64,000 nt of DNA from Candidatus Poribacteria bacterium (GCA_963663765.2 CAXXUA010000015.1:384001-448000), one strand, 5' to 3'. Counted from the stretch's first letter, positions 41,051-51,347 are shown. Notes: a model not told the origin generated them from the letters alone. A program made the numbers and translations.

Positions 41051-42500
41051 TCGTGTTGTCTCCCATCTTCTCCCTGAGTGAGGTCCGGAGATCTACCGAA
41101 TGATTATAGAGTTCTTCAGCTACTTTTCCGTAATCCGGAGGTTCAAAACCGCCTATATGATCAAACTCGATTTCTTCCACAGGTTTATCTGTGTGAAACC
41201 ACCAGGCACCAACGTCTTCCGTGGTCAACCAAGTAGAAGGTTGTTCTGATTGGTTTGTACCGAATTTCATTATCTCACCTTCACGAACCAAATTCCCAAT
41301 TTGCTCAAGGAGCCAATCGCTATGTGTTGTTATAATTACGCGGACACCTGCGCGGACCAAACGGGCGAGGGCAATGGCTATTTGGGTTTGCGCTCTTGGG
41401 TGTAAGTGGGATTCGGGTTCTTCAATGATGAGCGTATCTCCATAAAAAACAACACTGCGTAATAACAACACTATTGGTGCAAGTTCAGAAATCATTGAGG
41501 AAGTTTGTCTCATCCTTAGAGACTTTTCGGACTTTAGAGGACGGTAACGGAATTGTATATTTCCAACTTCAGCATGGCGATAGGTTTCTATTTCACCTCG
41601 CAGCACTTTGTTTTCAAGAGTTTTAGATACCTCAATTATTTCACTTGGATATATTTCACGTTCCTTGTAATTATTTATGAGTTTAAGAAAATCAGCTATC
41701 ATACCCGAGAATGTGGAATCTTGAGTAAATTGTTCCGAACCACCAGAAGTAGCTATATCTATTAGTGAACTGGCAATTATCCCTCGGGTTTCCATGAGAC
41801 CACTCCGGGCAGCAGGTAGATAATAAGATGTTGCCGACTTTGGATCAAGAAAACGCAAAGGAATTTGCTTATCTTTAACGTTAAGTGCCCTTTGGAATAT
41901 ATCCCTATCCTCGGACCTAAAAACTATATCCTTGTTAATACATTTTTCAATATTAATCTCGGATTCAGAGTCATAGAAGCATAAAGACCAGAGAGTTTGA
42001 TTTTCCTCTTGAACATCAAAAGAAATTTTCATTTCAACATCCAGATCTTTGGTTAATCTTACCATATCTGAAATAGACTCATAACCAAAGCACCTTTTGA
42101 GTTCTGCTTCAAGCATGTCAGAATGCGCGGAACCACACATTAATCTGTCACGCACCCACTTAGGTAAGTCTAAAAACTTGAAAAGTTGTTCAGTATCTCC
42201 TAACTTTTTTAAAGCTTCTTGCGTTTCTTGTAACGTGATTTGATTTGAAAGATCAGCAGGTTGTGAATGATAAATAGGGTCAAAGCTGGAAGTTTTATAA
42301 TGCAACCATGGTGTACGCGGGATACCATCAAAAGCACGTTGTAATGCATAGATGAGTGCCGCAAGATATGTCTTACCCGTATTGCTTTCACCGACAAATA
42401 CAGTAAGGGGACGCAGGTCTATCTCTGCCTTCTCAATAGGACCGAAATTCTCTACAGCAATGTCTATTTTAAGGGGTTGTGTTTCTTTACTTTCATCCAT
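41043..42500 (-). CDS. ABC-type/AAA_15 (AbiEii/OLD-like) ATPase
   Basis: NFGPI, Walker A GESNTGKT, YLPAARSG, SSMISEL, Walker B IIEEPESHLHP, ITTHS. Confidence 0.88.
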   Translation of the reverse strand: MDESKETQPLKIDIAVENFGPIEKAEIDLRPLTVFVGESNTGKTYLAALIYALQRAFDGIPRTPWLHYKTSSFDPIYHSQPADLSNQITLQETQEALKKLGDTEQLFKFLDLPKWVRDRLMCGSAHSDMLEAELKRCFGYESISDMVRLTKDLDVEMKISFDVQEENQTLWSLCFYDSESEINIEKCINKDIVFRSEDRDIFQRALNVKDKQIPLRFLDPKSATSYYLPAARSGLMETRGIIASSLIDIATSGGSEQFTQDSTFSGMIADFLKLINNYKEREIYPSEIIEVSKTLENKVLRGEIETYRHAEVGNIQFRYRPLKSEKSLRMRQTSSMISELAPIVLLLRSVVFYGDTLIIEEPESHLHPRAQTQIAIALARLVRAGVRVIITTHSDWLLEQIGNLVREGEIMKFGTNQSEQPSTWLTTEDVGAWWFHTDKPVEEIEFDHIGGFEPPDYGKVAEELYNHSVDLRTSLREKMGDNTSE

Positions 42501-42553
42501 AGATTTTTATTCCTTATTGAAAGCAGAAAATATTAGAAACAACGAAGCATCTG

Positions 42554-42868
42554 TTATGTTGAAACATCATCAGAGAGTTCTCTCAAAAATGAGAATGTGT
42601 AAATTCCTGTTCTGTGTCCATCACTCCATTGTAGTTTTATTGCATACCGTCCGACTGGGTGAATGCCAACTAAGTGCAATTCTTCCCAATATTGATCCGA
42701 AGGTAATAAACGTAAAGGATCATGTGTCTGTTTTTCTGCATCACAACGTGCACAGGGACATTTTTCACGAAGTATACGATATGTGATTTCTCCTTGAAAA
42801 CCATCTTTCCATTGTATATCAAGACTATGAGGCAATCGTTTGATTTCAGTGGGTTGGAATTCCTGCAT
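42554..42868 (-). CDS. DUF971 (gamma-butyrobetaine hydroxylase N-terminal-like) protein
   Basis: LREKCPCARC, VGRYAI, WSDGHRTGIYTFSFL. Confidence 0.9.
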   Translation of the reverse strand: MQEFQPTEIKRLPHSLDIQWKDGFQGEITYRILREKCPCARCDAEKQTHDPLRLLPSDQYWEELHLVGIHPVGRYAIKLQWSDGHRTGIYTFSFLRELSDDVST

Positions 42869-42930
42869 AGTTGTGTTTTTCCAGTCTTAGTCAAAGTTTA
42901 CGGTTAATTTAGTAGTATTGTCTCATACCT

Positions 42931-43956
42931 TTACCCATTTGCATAGATAAGTCGTGTTCGATTTTTACATGGAAGTTCAATCGTTTTTCCTGTTAGACCG
43001 CTTTCAATGGTTGCAAACCCGATTTCGTTTACAGCAGGATAATCATCACGTGAACAATCTGGCAAAGAGCCACCATCAAGGTAATCACTAATCTGTTTAT
43101 ATGCAATCTTAAACGGACTTGCATTTTCTGGAAGGTTAAGGGAATCGTTTTCAATTAGTTTTCCACCTTTGTATACAGTTGTACCGCTATAGAAGCCTGT
43201 TTGGATTGTACCTTCACTACCGAGAATATCAACAGAAAAACCGCCACGGACGCCATGTTTCCCAACATGATAACCGATAGCACCATTTTTGAACTTGATA
43301 GTAGAACCTACGATTGATGGTTCTGGTTCGTAGGGTTCAGGTACGTTACCGCTACCTTCAATGAACCCAGTGACCGAAATTGGATCATAACCTGCAAACT
43401 GACATATCATATCTGTAGTATGGATGGAAAAAGACAACACACTACCCCCACAATAACCGATGACACTTTGCACATTACCCACAAGACCATCCTTTACAAG
43501 TTTTTGAAGTCGTATGAGATGTGGTCCCCAATGTCGTGTATAGTCAACGATGATTGGGATTCCTTTTGTGTCAGCACCCGTTGTCATAGTGTCTACTTCT
43601 TCAAGAGAACATCCTGCGGGTTTCTCAAGGAATATGGCTTTGATGTCTGCCTTTAAGACATTCTGCATGACTTGAAAATGATGTGGTCCACGCACACAAA
43701 CTGCAACGATGTCTAACTTTTCGCTTTCAAGCATTTGCGTATCAGTTTCGTAATAGTTGATGGATTTATCTGGAAAACCAGGTCCCCATGTTGTGCGAAA
43801 GTCATCTTGGCGTTCAGTGGACATATCTGCAACTGCTACTAATTCGGTAGTTTCACATAAGCGGATTCCACCTGCGTGACAATAGGGATAAGCGTCATCT
43901 GGTGTTGAATAACGGGCGGCGATACTTCCTAACCCGATTATACCGACACGGTACAT
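42931..43956 (-). CDS. Gfo/Idh/MocA oxidoreductase
   Basis: VGIIGLGSIA, FLEKP, IHTTD. Confidence 0.88.
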   Translation of the reverse strand: MYRVGIIGLGSIAARYSTPDDAYPYCHAGGIRLCETTELVAVADMSTERQDDFRTTWGPGFPDKSINYYETDTQMLESEKLDIVAVCVRGPHHFQVMQNVLKADIKAIFLEKPAGCSLEEVDTMTTGADTKGIPIIVDYTRHWGPHLIRLQKLVKDGLVGNVQSVIGYCGGSVLSFSIHTTDMICQFAGYDPISVTGFIEGSGNVPEPYEPEPSIVGSTIKFKNGAIGYHVGKHGVRGGFSVDILGSEGTIQTGFYSGTTVYKGGKLIENDSLNLPENASPFKIAYKQISDYLDGGSLPDCSRDDYPAVNEIGFATIESGLTGKTIELPCKNRTRLIYANG

Positions 43957-44012
43957 TTTTTACTCCAATTTGGAAGGATTGAAAAAAGTAATTTAGTAAA
44001 TAGATTATTAAG

Positions 44013-44229
44013 CAGGACTTACGCACCGAACAGTAGGCGGGGAATGCCTAAAGGAGCATGCGCGTATGGCATGCTCCATGATTCATACCCGGGGAATGCC
44101 AAAAGGCATTCATACCGTTGATTTCTTGATTTGGTGCTTTGTAAGCGCGCTGGAAACCTAAAAAATCCTGAAAATAACATCATTTTCGTCGTAATTCTTG
44201 ACTAAAACATGAAAACTGCGTAAGTCCTA
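44013..44229. mobile_element. MITE (CAGGACTTACGCA ends) with mixed REP cargo
   Basis: TIR with 1 mismatch, exact 5-bp TSD TTAAG; two REP-B units, a GGAGCATGC/GCATGCTCC hairpin in the first loop, and a REP-A half. Confidence 0.85.
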
Positions 44230-44290
44230 TTAAGATAACGCGATAAATAGTTTGTAAGAAAATACTGCTACCAGAGTCTTTCTATTTCAC

Positions 44291-44815
44291 CTACATAGTG
44301 CCGAATTCAAAGACAGAAAAGATTGGAATATTCCCTATTTTTTCTCGTCCATTTAGTTCTTGTAGTTCAATTAAGAAAGCAATACCCACAATGTCTCCAC
44401 CCAGTTTTTCGATCAATTCAATTGTTGCAGCGATGGTTCCACCCGTTGCCAAAAGATCATCACAAATCAGTACACGGGTTCCTTTTGGAAAAGCATCTTG
44501 ATGAATTGTTAATGTATCAGTACCGTATTCAAGATCGTAAGTTACTTGATATGTGTCGGAGGGTAACTTTCCCTCTTTACGAACAGGAGCAAATCCTGTC
44601 CCCATACGATACGCAAGTGCAGAAGCGAAAATAAAGCCTCTGGCTTCGGGACCTACTATCATCTCAACTCCTGAGTTCTTGTAGTGGTTAGCATATACCT
44701 CAATTACAGCATTGAAGATGGGTGCATTACCTAAAAGTGGTGTTATGTCTTTATACATAATTCCTGGTTTTGGATAGTCTGGAATATTTCGGATAAATTT
44801 GGATAAATTATCCAT
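44291..44815 (-). CDS. apt: Adenine phosphoribosyltransferase
   Basis: PDYPKPGI, EARGF, RKEGKLP, YDLEYG, DDLLATGGT. Confidence 0.97.
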   Translation of the reverse strand: MDNLSKFIRNIPDYPKPGIMYKDITPLLGNAPIFNAVIEVYANHYKNSGVEMIVGPEARGFIFASALAYRMGTGFAPVRKEGKLPSDTYQVTYDLEYGTDTLTIHQDAFPKGTRVLICDDLLATGGTIAATIELIEKLGGDIVGIAFLIELQELNGREKIGNIPIFSVFEFGTM

Positions 44816-45171
44816 ATTGAAAATTTACTCCTAAAAAGTTAGAATCACGATTAAAGCACCAACGTTAGTTTAGGGATGCTATCATGAATACTGTTGATTT
44901 AGTGCATTGTAATCGCGCAGGAAAATCGTAATATTGTGTAAAAACTATTTAATTTAGACAGTAATAACAAAAATATATCAAAATTACGTAAGTCCTAATA
45001 TTAAAACCTGATTCCCATTGCAATATTAAAAGTTTACTACATTTTGCCCTGTTTTGTCAAATATAGTAGGTAAATTAAACATAGTCCTATACTATATTTA
45101 TAGTGTTTTTTGAAAAGTAATTTACTGTCAAAATTCAATGAGTGGTTATCGTGTATCTACTCATCGCCATG

Positions 45172-46359
45172 TTATAGGATACCATTCTGTCTTAGCTGCA
45201 GTATTTCTTCAGGAGTAATTTTCAACATATCAGTTAACACTTCATCAGTATGTTCACCGAGATCTGGTGCAGGAACTTCAATATGACCAGGGGTTTCGGA
45301 GAGTTTTATCGGTAATCCTGGTACTTCAACAGCACCTGTTATTTGGTGAAACACATTTGTGATCATCTCACGAGCTTGCACCTGTGGGTGGTTAACCACT
45401 GTGTCAATTGTATTGATAGGTCCACACGGCACACCAATCTTTTCAAGTGCCTCAAGCCATTCATCAGTTGTACGTTGACGCATAATATCTGAAAGAATTG
45501 GAAACAGTACCGCATGGTTTGCGGTACGTTCAGCATTAGAGCAAAACCTTGAGTCCGAAATCAGTTGCTTCTGATTTACGTATTCACAGAACTTCGTCCA
45601 CAACGTATCATTGCCAATTGCAATGATTATATGTCCATCTGCAGATTCAAACGCTTCAAAAGGTGTTATGGCAGGATGCCGACTACCGAGGGGTCGTGGT
45701 ATCTCATCCGTTGCAAAATACCGCACGATTGCATTTTCCAAGACCGCTACGAGACTATCTAACATTGCGACATCAACTAACTGTCCCTTACCAGATATGT
45801 TTCGATGATGTAGCGCAGACAATATACCGATTGTTGTGAATAGTGCTGCGGTAATGTCACTAATTGATGTTCCAACACGAACTGGAGGTGCGTCGGGTTG
45901 ACCAGTGATGCTAATTATTCCACCCATCCCTTGTATAATCATATCATAAGCACCATGTTTCGCCATCGGTCCGGTCTGTCCAAATCCTGAACATGCAGCA
46001 TAAATAAGCGATGGGTATTCAACTGTAAGTGTTTCGTAGTCCAAACCGAGTTTCTTCATCGTTCCAGGTCGGAAATTCTCAACTAATATGTCGCATTGAC
46101 TGATGAGTTCCTTGAATATATTAATGCCACGTTCGGTCTTTAAATTTAGCGTGACGCTCCTTTTACCGCGATTTACGCTCATGAAATAAAGACTAAACCC
46201 ATTTTTAAAAGGTCCAAAATTTCTGGATTCATCACCTGTTTCTGGTTGTTCAATTTTAATTACTTCTGCTCCAAGATCACTTAGAAGCATCGTTGCAAAA
46301 GGTCCAGCAAGTACTCTTGTTAAATCCAGTACTTTTATACCTTCTAACGGACCTGCCAT
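45172..46359 (-). CDS. CoA-transferase family III (CaiB/BaiF)
   Basis: PLEGIKVLDLTRVLAGP, NRGKRS, ENFRPG, SGFGQTGP, PDLGEHT. Confidence 0.93.
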   Translation of the reverse strand: MAGPLEGIKVLDLTRVLAGPFATMLLSDLGAEVIKIEQPETGDESRNFGPFKNGFSLYFMSVNRGKRSVTLNLKTERGINIFKELISQCDILVENFRPGTMKKLGLDYETLTVEYPSLIYAACSGFGQTGPMAKHGAYDMIIQGMGGIISITGQPDAPPVRVGTSISDITAALFTTIGILSALHHRNISGKGQLVDVAMLDSLVAVLENAIVRYFATDEIPRPLGSRHPAITPFEAFESADGHIIIAIGNDTLWTKFCEYVNQKQLISDSRFCSNAERTANHAVLFPILSDIMRQRTTDEWLEALEKIGVPCGPINTIDTVVNHPQVQAREMITNVFHQITGAVEVPGLPIKLSETPGHIEVPAPDLGEHTDEVLTDMLKITPEEILQLRQNGIL

Positions 46360-46421
46360 GTTAATGTTCCTTTATTTTTATTGTGTTATGTTCATTGGTT
46401 GATGTGGAATCTAACACATTA

Positions 46422-46450
46422 TTGCATAATCGCAAAACTTTTGCTATAAT
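46422..46450 (+). promoter_or_regulatory. sigma70 promoter of the EF-Tu-like gene
   Basis: TTGCAT-17 bp-TATAAT with TGn; GAAGGAG RBS before 46507. Confidence 0.7.
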
Positions 46451-46506
46451 TAAAGAACATGCAACAGATATTTATACGCATTTTGAAAAATCTGAAGGAG
46501 TAATTA

Positions 46507-47676
46507 ATGGACGAAAAGAGAGCAACCTCACATCGCTTCCTACCTATCAGTACACTTGGTGCCGCCGGACATGGGAAAACAACATTGACGTCAGCAATAG
46601 CAAAGGTCGTCTCAAGAATTGGTGCAATTCGCTCAAAGACACAGCAACAACTTGAACAACAATTACCTGAACATCACACGATACGTGAAGGCGTCAGCAT
46701 AACCTATCGATACATTGATTACGAAACGAGTGGTAAATTCTATACACAGATTGACTGCGTAACACATCTGGATTTAATCAAAATGTTAGTCAGTCGATCA
46801 TTCAGATTGCAGGGTGTGATATGGATTGTGGATGCTGTTGAAGGGGTTACGGATGAATCTGAAGAACTACTCCGAATTGTCAAAAACGTGAATATTCCAA
46901 GTATCATATCTTTTCTAAACACACGAAAAAACATAACAGATGATGAATTGATTGATATATGCAAACATGAGATGCGTGATTTACTGACTGAATGTGGTTG
47001 GGAAGAAGAGAAAAGTCCGATAATTGTTGGTGATACGGATAGTGCATTGAACTACAAAGGAGATAATATCGGTTCTAATCAATGGAAACCGATTGTTGAC
47101 CTGATTTTTGCTTTGAATCGCTTTATGCCTAAACCCGTCAATCCTGATAATCTTCACCCAATCATGCCGATCTATGAGATTGTTGAGGAGTTGAAGGAAC
47201 GTGTAACGGTTCGCGGTGAGCTTGTTCAAGGACATCTTGGAGTTGGACATGCTGTGGATATTGTTGGAAAAGGTGAACGTATAAAGACGAAGTGCCTGGG
47301 TATCAAAGAGGATGAGGTAGTTGTTGAGGCTGAACCGAATTGGGTATCGATCGGACAAGTCATGTGTCATCCTAAAACGATTAAGGCACATTCCGATTTT
47401 ACTGCTCTGGTCTATCTCTTCACACAGGAAGAGAGTGGAACACACATTCCTCTTATAGAAAATGATAAACCCGATATTCATTTATGGGGTATTGATGTCA
47501 AAGCACGTTTACATCTCCCACCAAGTTTGTCCATCGTAACACCAGGAGCAAATGCACATGTTGCATTTTCACTTCAATTACCCCTTGCTATGGAAATCGG
47601 TACTACGTTTGAAGTGAAGAAAATGGGGTCTTGTATCGGTATCGGAATAGTGACTACTTTGGAGAAATTTGCTTGA
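46507..47676 (+). CDS. Highly divergent EF-Tu-like protein (probable pseudo-GTPase)
   Basis: EF-Tu colinear (GHGKTTLTSAI, YET..KFYTQIDC, EMRDLL, PIIVG..SAL, GQVMCHP, FTALVYLFTQEESG, PLAMEIG), but G3/G4 altered. Confidence 0.8.
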   Translation: MDEKRATSHRFLPISTLGAAGHGKTTLTSAIAKVVSRIGAIRSKTQQQLEQQLPEHHTIREGVSITYRYIDYETSGKFYTQIDCVTHLDLIKMLVSRSFRLQGVIWIVDAVEGVTDESEELLRIVKNVNIPSIISFLNTRKNITDDELIDICKHEMRDLLTECGWEEEKSPIIVGDTDSALNYKGDNIGSNQWKPIVDLIFALNRFMPKPVNPDNLHPIMPIYEIVEELKERVTVRGELVQGHLGVGHAVDIVGKGERIKTKCLGIKEDEVVVEAEPNWVSIGQVMCHPKTIKAHSDFTALVYLFTQEESGTHIPLIENDKPDIHLWGIDVKARLHLPPSLSIVTPGANAHVAFSLQLPLAMEIGTTFEVKKMGSCIGIGIVTTLEKFA

Positions 47677-47684
47677 ACTCTTTT

Positions 47685-48395
47685 CTATCGCGCAGCGTCA
47701 ATTACTTCAGACAAGACAAGGTCACCTATGTACAATGCGCGCCCGATAATTGCGCCACTTACACCAATTTCCTTTAATGTAATAACATCAGATATTGAAG
47801 TAACGCCTCCTGATGCAATTACATCTGCTGAGACAGCATTGAATATTTTTGAAGTCGCATCAACATTTGGTCCTTTTAGCATTCCATCGCTTTTTATGTC
47901 TGTGTAAATGATTGTCTGGACTTCAGTGAGTTCTGTGGCAAAATCAACTGCGGACGTCTGTGATACCTCTAACCATCCGTGTGTAGCAACCATACCGTCT
48001 CTTGCGTCAATACCAACAGCAATTCGTTCTTTGTATTTACTGCATGCAATTGTCACCAAGTCTGGATTCTTAAGAGCTGCAGTTCCCAAAATTGCTCGGT
48101 GAACACCCAATTTTAGGATAGTATCAATCTGTTCTATATTTCGTATACCACCACCGAGTTGGACTGGTATATTAAGAACAGAGACAATTTCGCTAACAAT
48201 ATTCAAGTTAGCGGATTCGCCATGAAATGCACCATCCAAATCAACAAGATGTAAGTATTCTGCTCCTTCTGTCTGCCACCGCTTTGCCATGTCAACAGGA
48301 GAATCAGAGAAGACTGTTTCCTGCTCTGCTATCCCTTGAACTAAGTTAACACATTTTCCACCTCGTAGGTCTATAGCTGGTAGTATTTGCATCAA
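47685..48395 (-). CDS. hisA: ProFAR isomerase
   Basis: PAIDLRGGKCV, LHLVDLDGA, QLGGGIR, TDI..DGML.G, ASGG, GRALY. Confidence 0.96.
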   Translation of the reverse strand: MMQILPAIDLRGGKCVNLVQGIAEQETVFSDSPVDMAKRWQTEGAEYLHLVDLDGAFHGESANLNIVSEIVSVLNIPVQLGGGIRNIEQIDTILKLGVHRAILGTAALKNPDLVTIACSKYKERIAVGIDARDGMVATHGWLEVSQTSAVDFATELTEVQTIIYTDIKSDGMLKGPNVDATSKIFNAVSADVIASGGVTSISDVITLKEIGVSGAIIGRALYIGDLVLSEVIDAAR

Positions 48396-48407
48396 ATTTC
48401 CTTTCTT

Positions 48408-49310
48408 CTATTCCTCACGAAAAATACCGAGTAATTTAAGTTGCACTATTGAGATTGCAGCGATTATAATAAATAGCACCCATCCGATTGTTGCAGCGTA
48501 ACCGAGTCGCATGAACTGAAACCCGTTCTTATATAAATACATCACGATTGTAGTACCAGCATCAGCAGGATTTCCACCATTTGTTAGAATAAAGGGTAAG
48601 TCAAAGAGTTGGAACGAACCTATCATAGATACAACAACGACAAAAGCGATAACTGGACGTAATGAAGGCAGTGTGATATGGATAAAGGACTGCCACCAGT
48701 TTGCACCATCAACTGCGGCAGCTTCATATAGCTCTTGGCGAATGCCTTGTAAACCTGCTAAGAAGAAGATCATATTGTATCCCGCCCACTGCCACACTCC
48801 CGTGAGAATCACTGCTGGCATGACAAACCTTGTATCGTTCAACCAACCGATCTCTTTACCGAATAGTACAAATTCATTATTTATCATGCCGGCGCGTTGG
48901 TCATATATTAGATTAAAGATTATAGCAACAAATACACCAGCGACCAGAACCGGTGTGAAAAAGGCGAGTCGTAAAAAGTTCTTTCCCTTCACAAACTTTG
49001 CGTTTAATAGAATAGCAAGAAACAGTGCAATCGGTAATTGAATTATGAGTGTACCTAAAGCAAAATATGTCGTATTCCAGAGTGATTTCCAAAAGATTGG
49101 ATCACGAAATAGGTCTATGAAGTTCCCAAAACCGACAAAGATTCTGCTCTGAAATCCACGCATCTCATAAAAACTCAATATAAGTGATGAGATTAATGGA
49201 TACCCCATAAAGATAGCAAAGAGAATATAGAACGGTGCGATAAAAAGATAGGGTGCAATTTTCTGTTGTTGATGCCAGTAACGGGATTTAACAAATGGGA
49301 TTTTCATCAA
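48408..49310 (-). CDS. Sugar ABC transporter permease
   Basis: EAA loop LYEAAAVDGANWWQSFIHITLP. Confidence 0.93.
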   Translation of the reverse strand: MMKIPFVKSRYWHQQQKIAPYLFIAPFYILFAIFMGYPLISSLILSFYEMRGFQSRIFVGFGNFIDLFRDPIFWKSLWNTTYFALGTLIIQLPIALFLAILLNAKFVKGKNFLRLAFFTPVLVAGVFVAIIFNLIYDQRAGMINNEFVLFGKEIGWLNDTRFVMPAVILTGVWQWAGYNMIFFLAGLQGIRQELYEAAAVDGANWWQSFIHITLPSLRPVIAFVVVVSMIGSFQLFDLPFILTNGGNPADAGTTIVMYLYKNGFQFMRLGYAATIGWVLFIIIAAISIVQLKLLGIFREE

Positions 49311-49358
49311 ATAGTCTCATTTTAAAGTTTTGAAAGTAGAGATTTAAGAGACAAATCG

Positions 49359-50729
49359 TCATTGCATTCTTTCCCATCTTTGCTGATCTTTTGCGATAAT
49401 TGTCCTGACCTTATCAGCAAGCGTTGACAAGGCATCTCTGGGAGTCTGTTTTTCTGTGACAGCATTAAAAATTGCATCATTTAGTAAGTCAGCAGCTTCT
49501 GACCAATAGGGATTCTGATATCGTGGTGGAATATCAGACGATAGTTCAATAAACAACTCACCGATAGGTTGTCCTCCAAGGTATTCATCTGGTTCTTTAT
49601 ATATAGGTGCGTCCCATGCATCTTTCAAAGGGGGAATTATTGAAGTGGTTTCGTATCTGTTTATCAATCCATCTCTATCAAAATATATGAATTTTATGAG
49701 TTCCCAAGCAAGATCAGGATTTTTGCATTGTTTTGTAATACCGATCATTGTGCCGCCGCGCGTTGTAGTGCGTCTTCCACCTATTTCCCACGCAGGCATG
49801 CTGGTTGCTTTCCATTTACCTGTCATCTGTGGTACTTGACTTTTTAGAAGTCCAAGATACCAATCAGGGGCAAGAATAGAGAGTATCTTCCCATCTTGCA
49901 TTGCAGCATAGTTACTTGGATCTCCGTGCCATGTACCATAAACGGGAGTAGTGATTTTATGTTGATTGAATAACGAAGAGAAAAATGATAAGGTATCTAT
50001 AGCAATTTCATTGTCAATCACAACTTTTCCATCAACATCAAAAAAGCCACCACCCCTTTGAAGTAGAAGGTTAAAATAATCGCTGTCAGACTTATTATCA
50101 AGTACAATAGCATATTGGTCAATAGTTCCATCGCCATCAAGATCGCGGGTTGCTTTTTTACCCGCTTCAATGAAATCATTCCACGTCTCAATCTCTGTCA
50201 TCTCAACACCGGAGGCTTTAAAAAGGTCATCTCTGTATAATAGAACGACTGGATGTAGGTCGTGTGGTATTCCGTAGATTCTATTTTTGTATGACCAAGG
50301 CGTGAATCGGCTTTGAACCAGTTTCTCCATCCATCCTTCTTTTTCCAAACGAGGACGAAGATCAACAAAACCTACTTCATCAATTGCACCTTTAAGGAAA
50401 CGTCCAATAGATGTAATTTCAACTTCTACAATATCTGGTGCACCGAAATCTGAGAGAAATGCGGTAAGGAGTTTATCGTGCATTGCATTCCCAAAGTTTA
50501 TCAGCTGCACGTTAATTTCTGGATGTTGTTCTTGAAAAATGGGCAATCGTGCTTTATATTCATTATAATGGGTTGGTGCGAACACCCAGAATTCTAATTT
50601 CTCACCTGTCTCTTCTGCTGGGGTAAAAATAAAGAAACAAGAGATGAGGAATAGAACGAACATAACCATTGGTCCTTTACCGAGTGGAAAATTTTCAAAA
50701 TCAAATGGAAATTGCATGTTTTTTCTCAT
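49359..50729 (-). CDS. Sugar ABC substrate-binding protein (family 1)
   Basis: N-terminal hydrophobic anchor, APDIVEVE, YGIP, LYRDDLF, TW.DF; contains a DLDGDGTID loop. Confidence 0.88.
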   Translation of the reverse strand: MRKNMQFPFDFENFPLGKGPMVMFVLFLISCFFIFTPAEETGEKLEFWVFAPTHYNEYKARLPIFQEQHPEINVQLINFGNAMHDKLLTAFLSDFGAPDIVEVEITSIGRFLKGAIDEVGFVDLRPRLEKEGWMEKLVQSRFTPWSYKNRIYGIPHDLHPVVLLYRDDLFKASGVEMTEIETWNDFIEAGKKATRDLDGDGTIDQYAIVLDNKSDSDYFNLLLQRGGGFFDVDGKVVIDNEIAIDTLSFFSSLFNQHKITTPVYGTWHGDPSNYAAMQDGKILSILAPDWYLGLLKSQVPQMTGKWKATSMPAWEIGGRRTTTRGGTMIGITKQCKNPDLAWELIKFIYFDRDGLINRYETTSIIPPLKDAWDAPIYKEPDEYLGGQPIGELFIELSSDIPPRYQNPYWSEAADLLNDAIFNAVTEKQTPRDALSTLADKVRTIIAKDQQRWERMQ

Positions 50730-51038
50730 CTGTCCTGATTGACAGAATTTACTTTTTTAGGGCAGGTGTGTCTGATCGTGTTGGAAGGAATGACATCCTA
50801 GTCACGTTGTTTGATACATAAAAAACACGTACCGCGTTTTCTATGACCTTTGCGTCCTCTGTGATTCAGACAAAATACTGAAGATCCCTATTTTATCCGC
50901 GAAATCCTTGATTCTGTCCGCGAAAAAAACTTTACACACCCGTTTTTTAGAATTTGACTTGACATTTTCAGTTTTTACCATTAGAATTTATCAGATTATA
51001 TTCATTTTATCAACAAAGAAATGGAGGAAAACAGTTAT

Positions 51039-51347
51039 ATGCCTACGTATGACTATAAATGTACAGCGTGCGATATACAATTCGAGAAGTTCCAAGGTAT
51101 GACAGAAGAACCTATAAAGGAATGTCCTGAGTGTGATGGAGAAGTAAAACGACTCATCGGCGCTGGAGCTGGATTGATCTTCAAAGGATCAGGTTTCTAC
51201 ATTACCGATTATCGCAGTGAAGGTTATAAAGAATCAGCTAAGAAAGACAAAACTTCTTCATCAGAAAAAAGTAAAAAAAGCGATAAGAAAGAAAAGAAAA
51301 CAGAAAAAAGTAGTGAATCTAAAAGCAAAACAAAAGAGTCTGACTAA
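51039..51347 (+). CDS. FmdB-family zinc-ribbon protein
   Basis: MPTYDYKCTAC...CPEC...FKGSGFYITDY; GGAGG RBS. Confidence 0.92.
   Translation: MPTYDYKCTACDIQFEKFQGMTEEPIKECPECDGEVKRLIGAGAGLIFKGSGFYITDYRSEGYKESAKKDKTSSSEKSKKSDKKEKKTEKSSESKSKTKESD

Noticed and set aside
46507-47676. Calling this the canonical tuf
   Set aside because: G3/G4 and domain II motifs are lost and it is not in a ribosomal operon.
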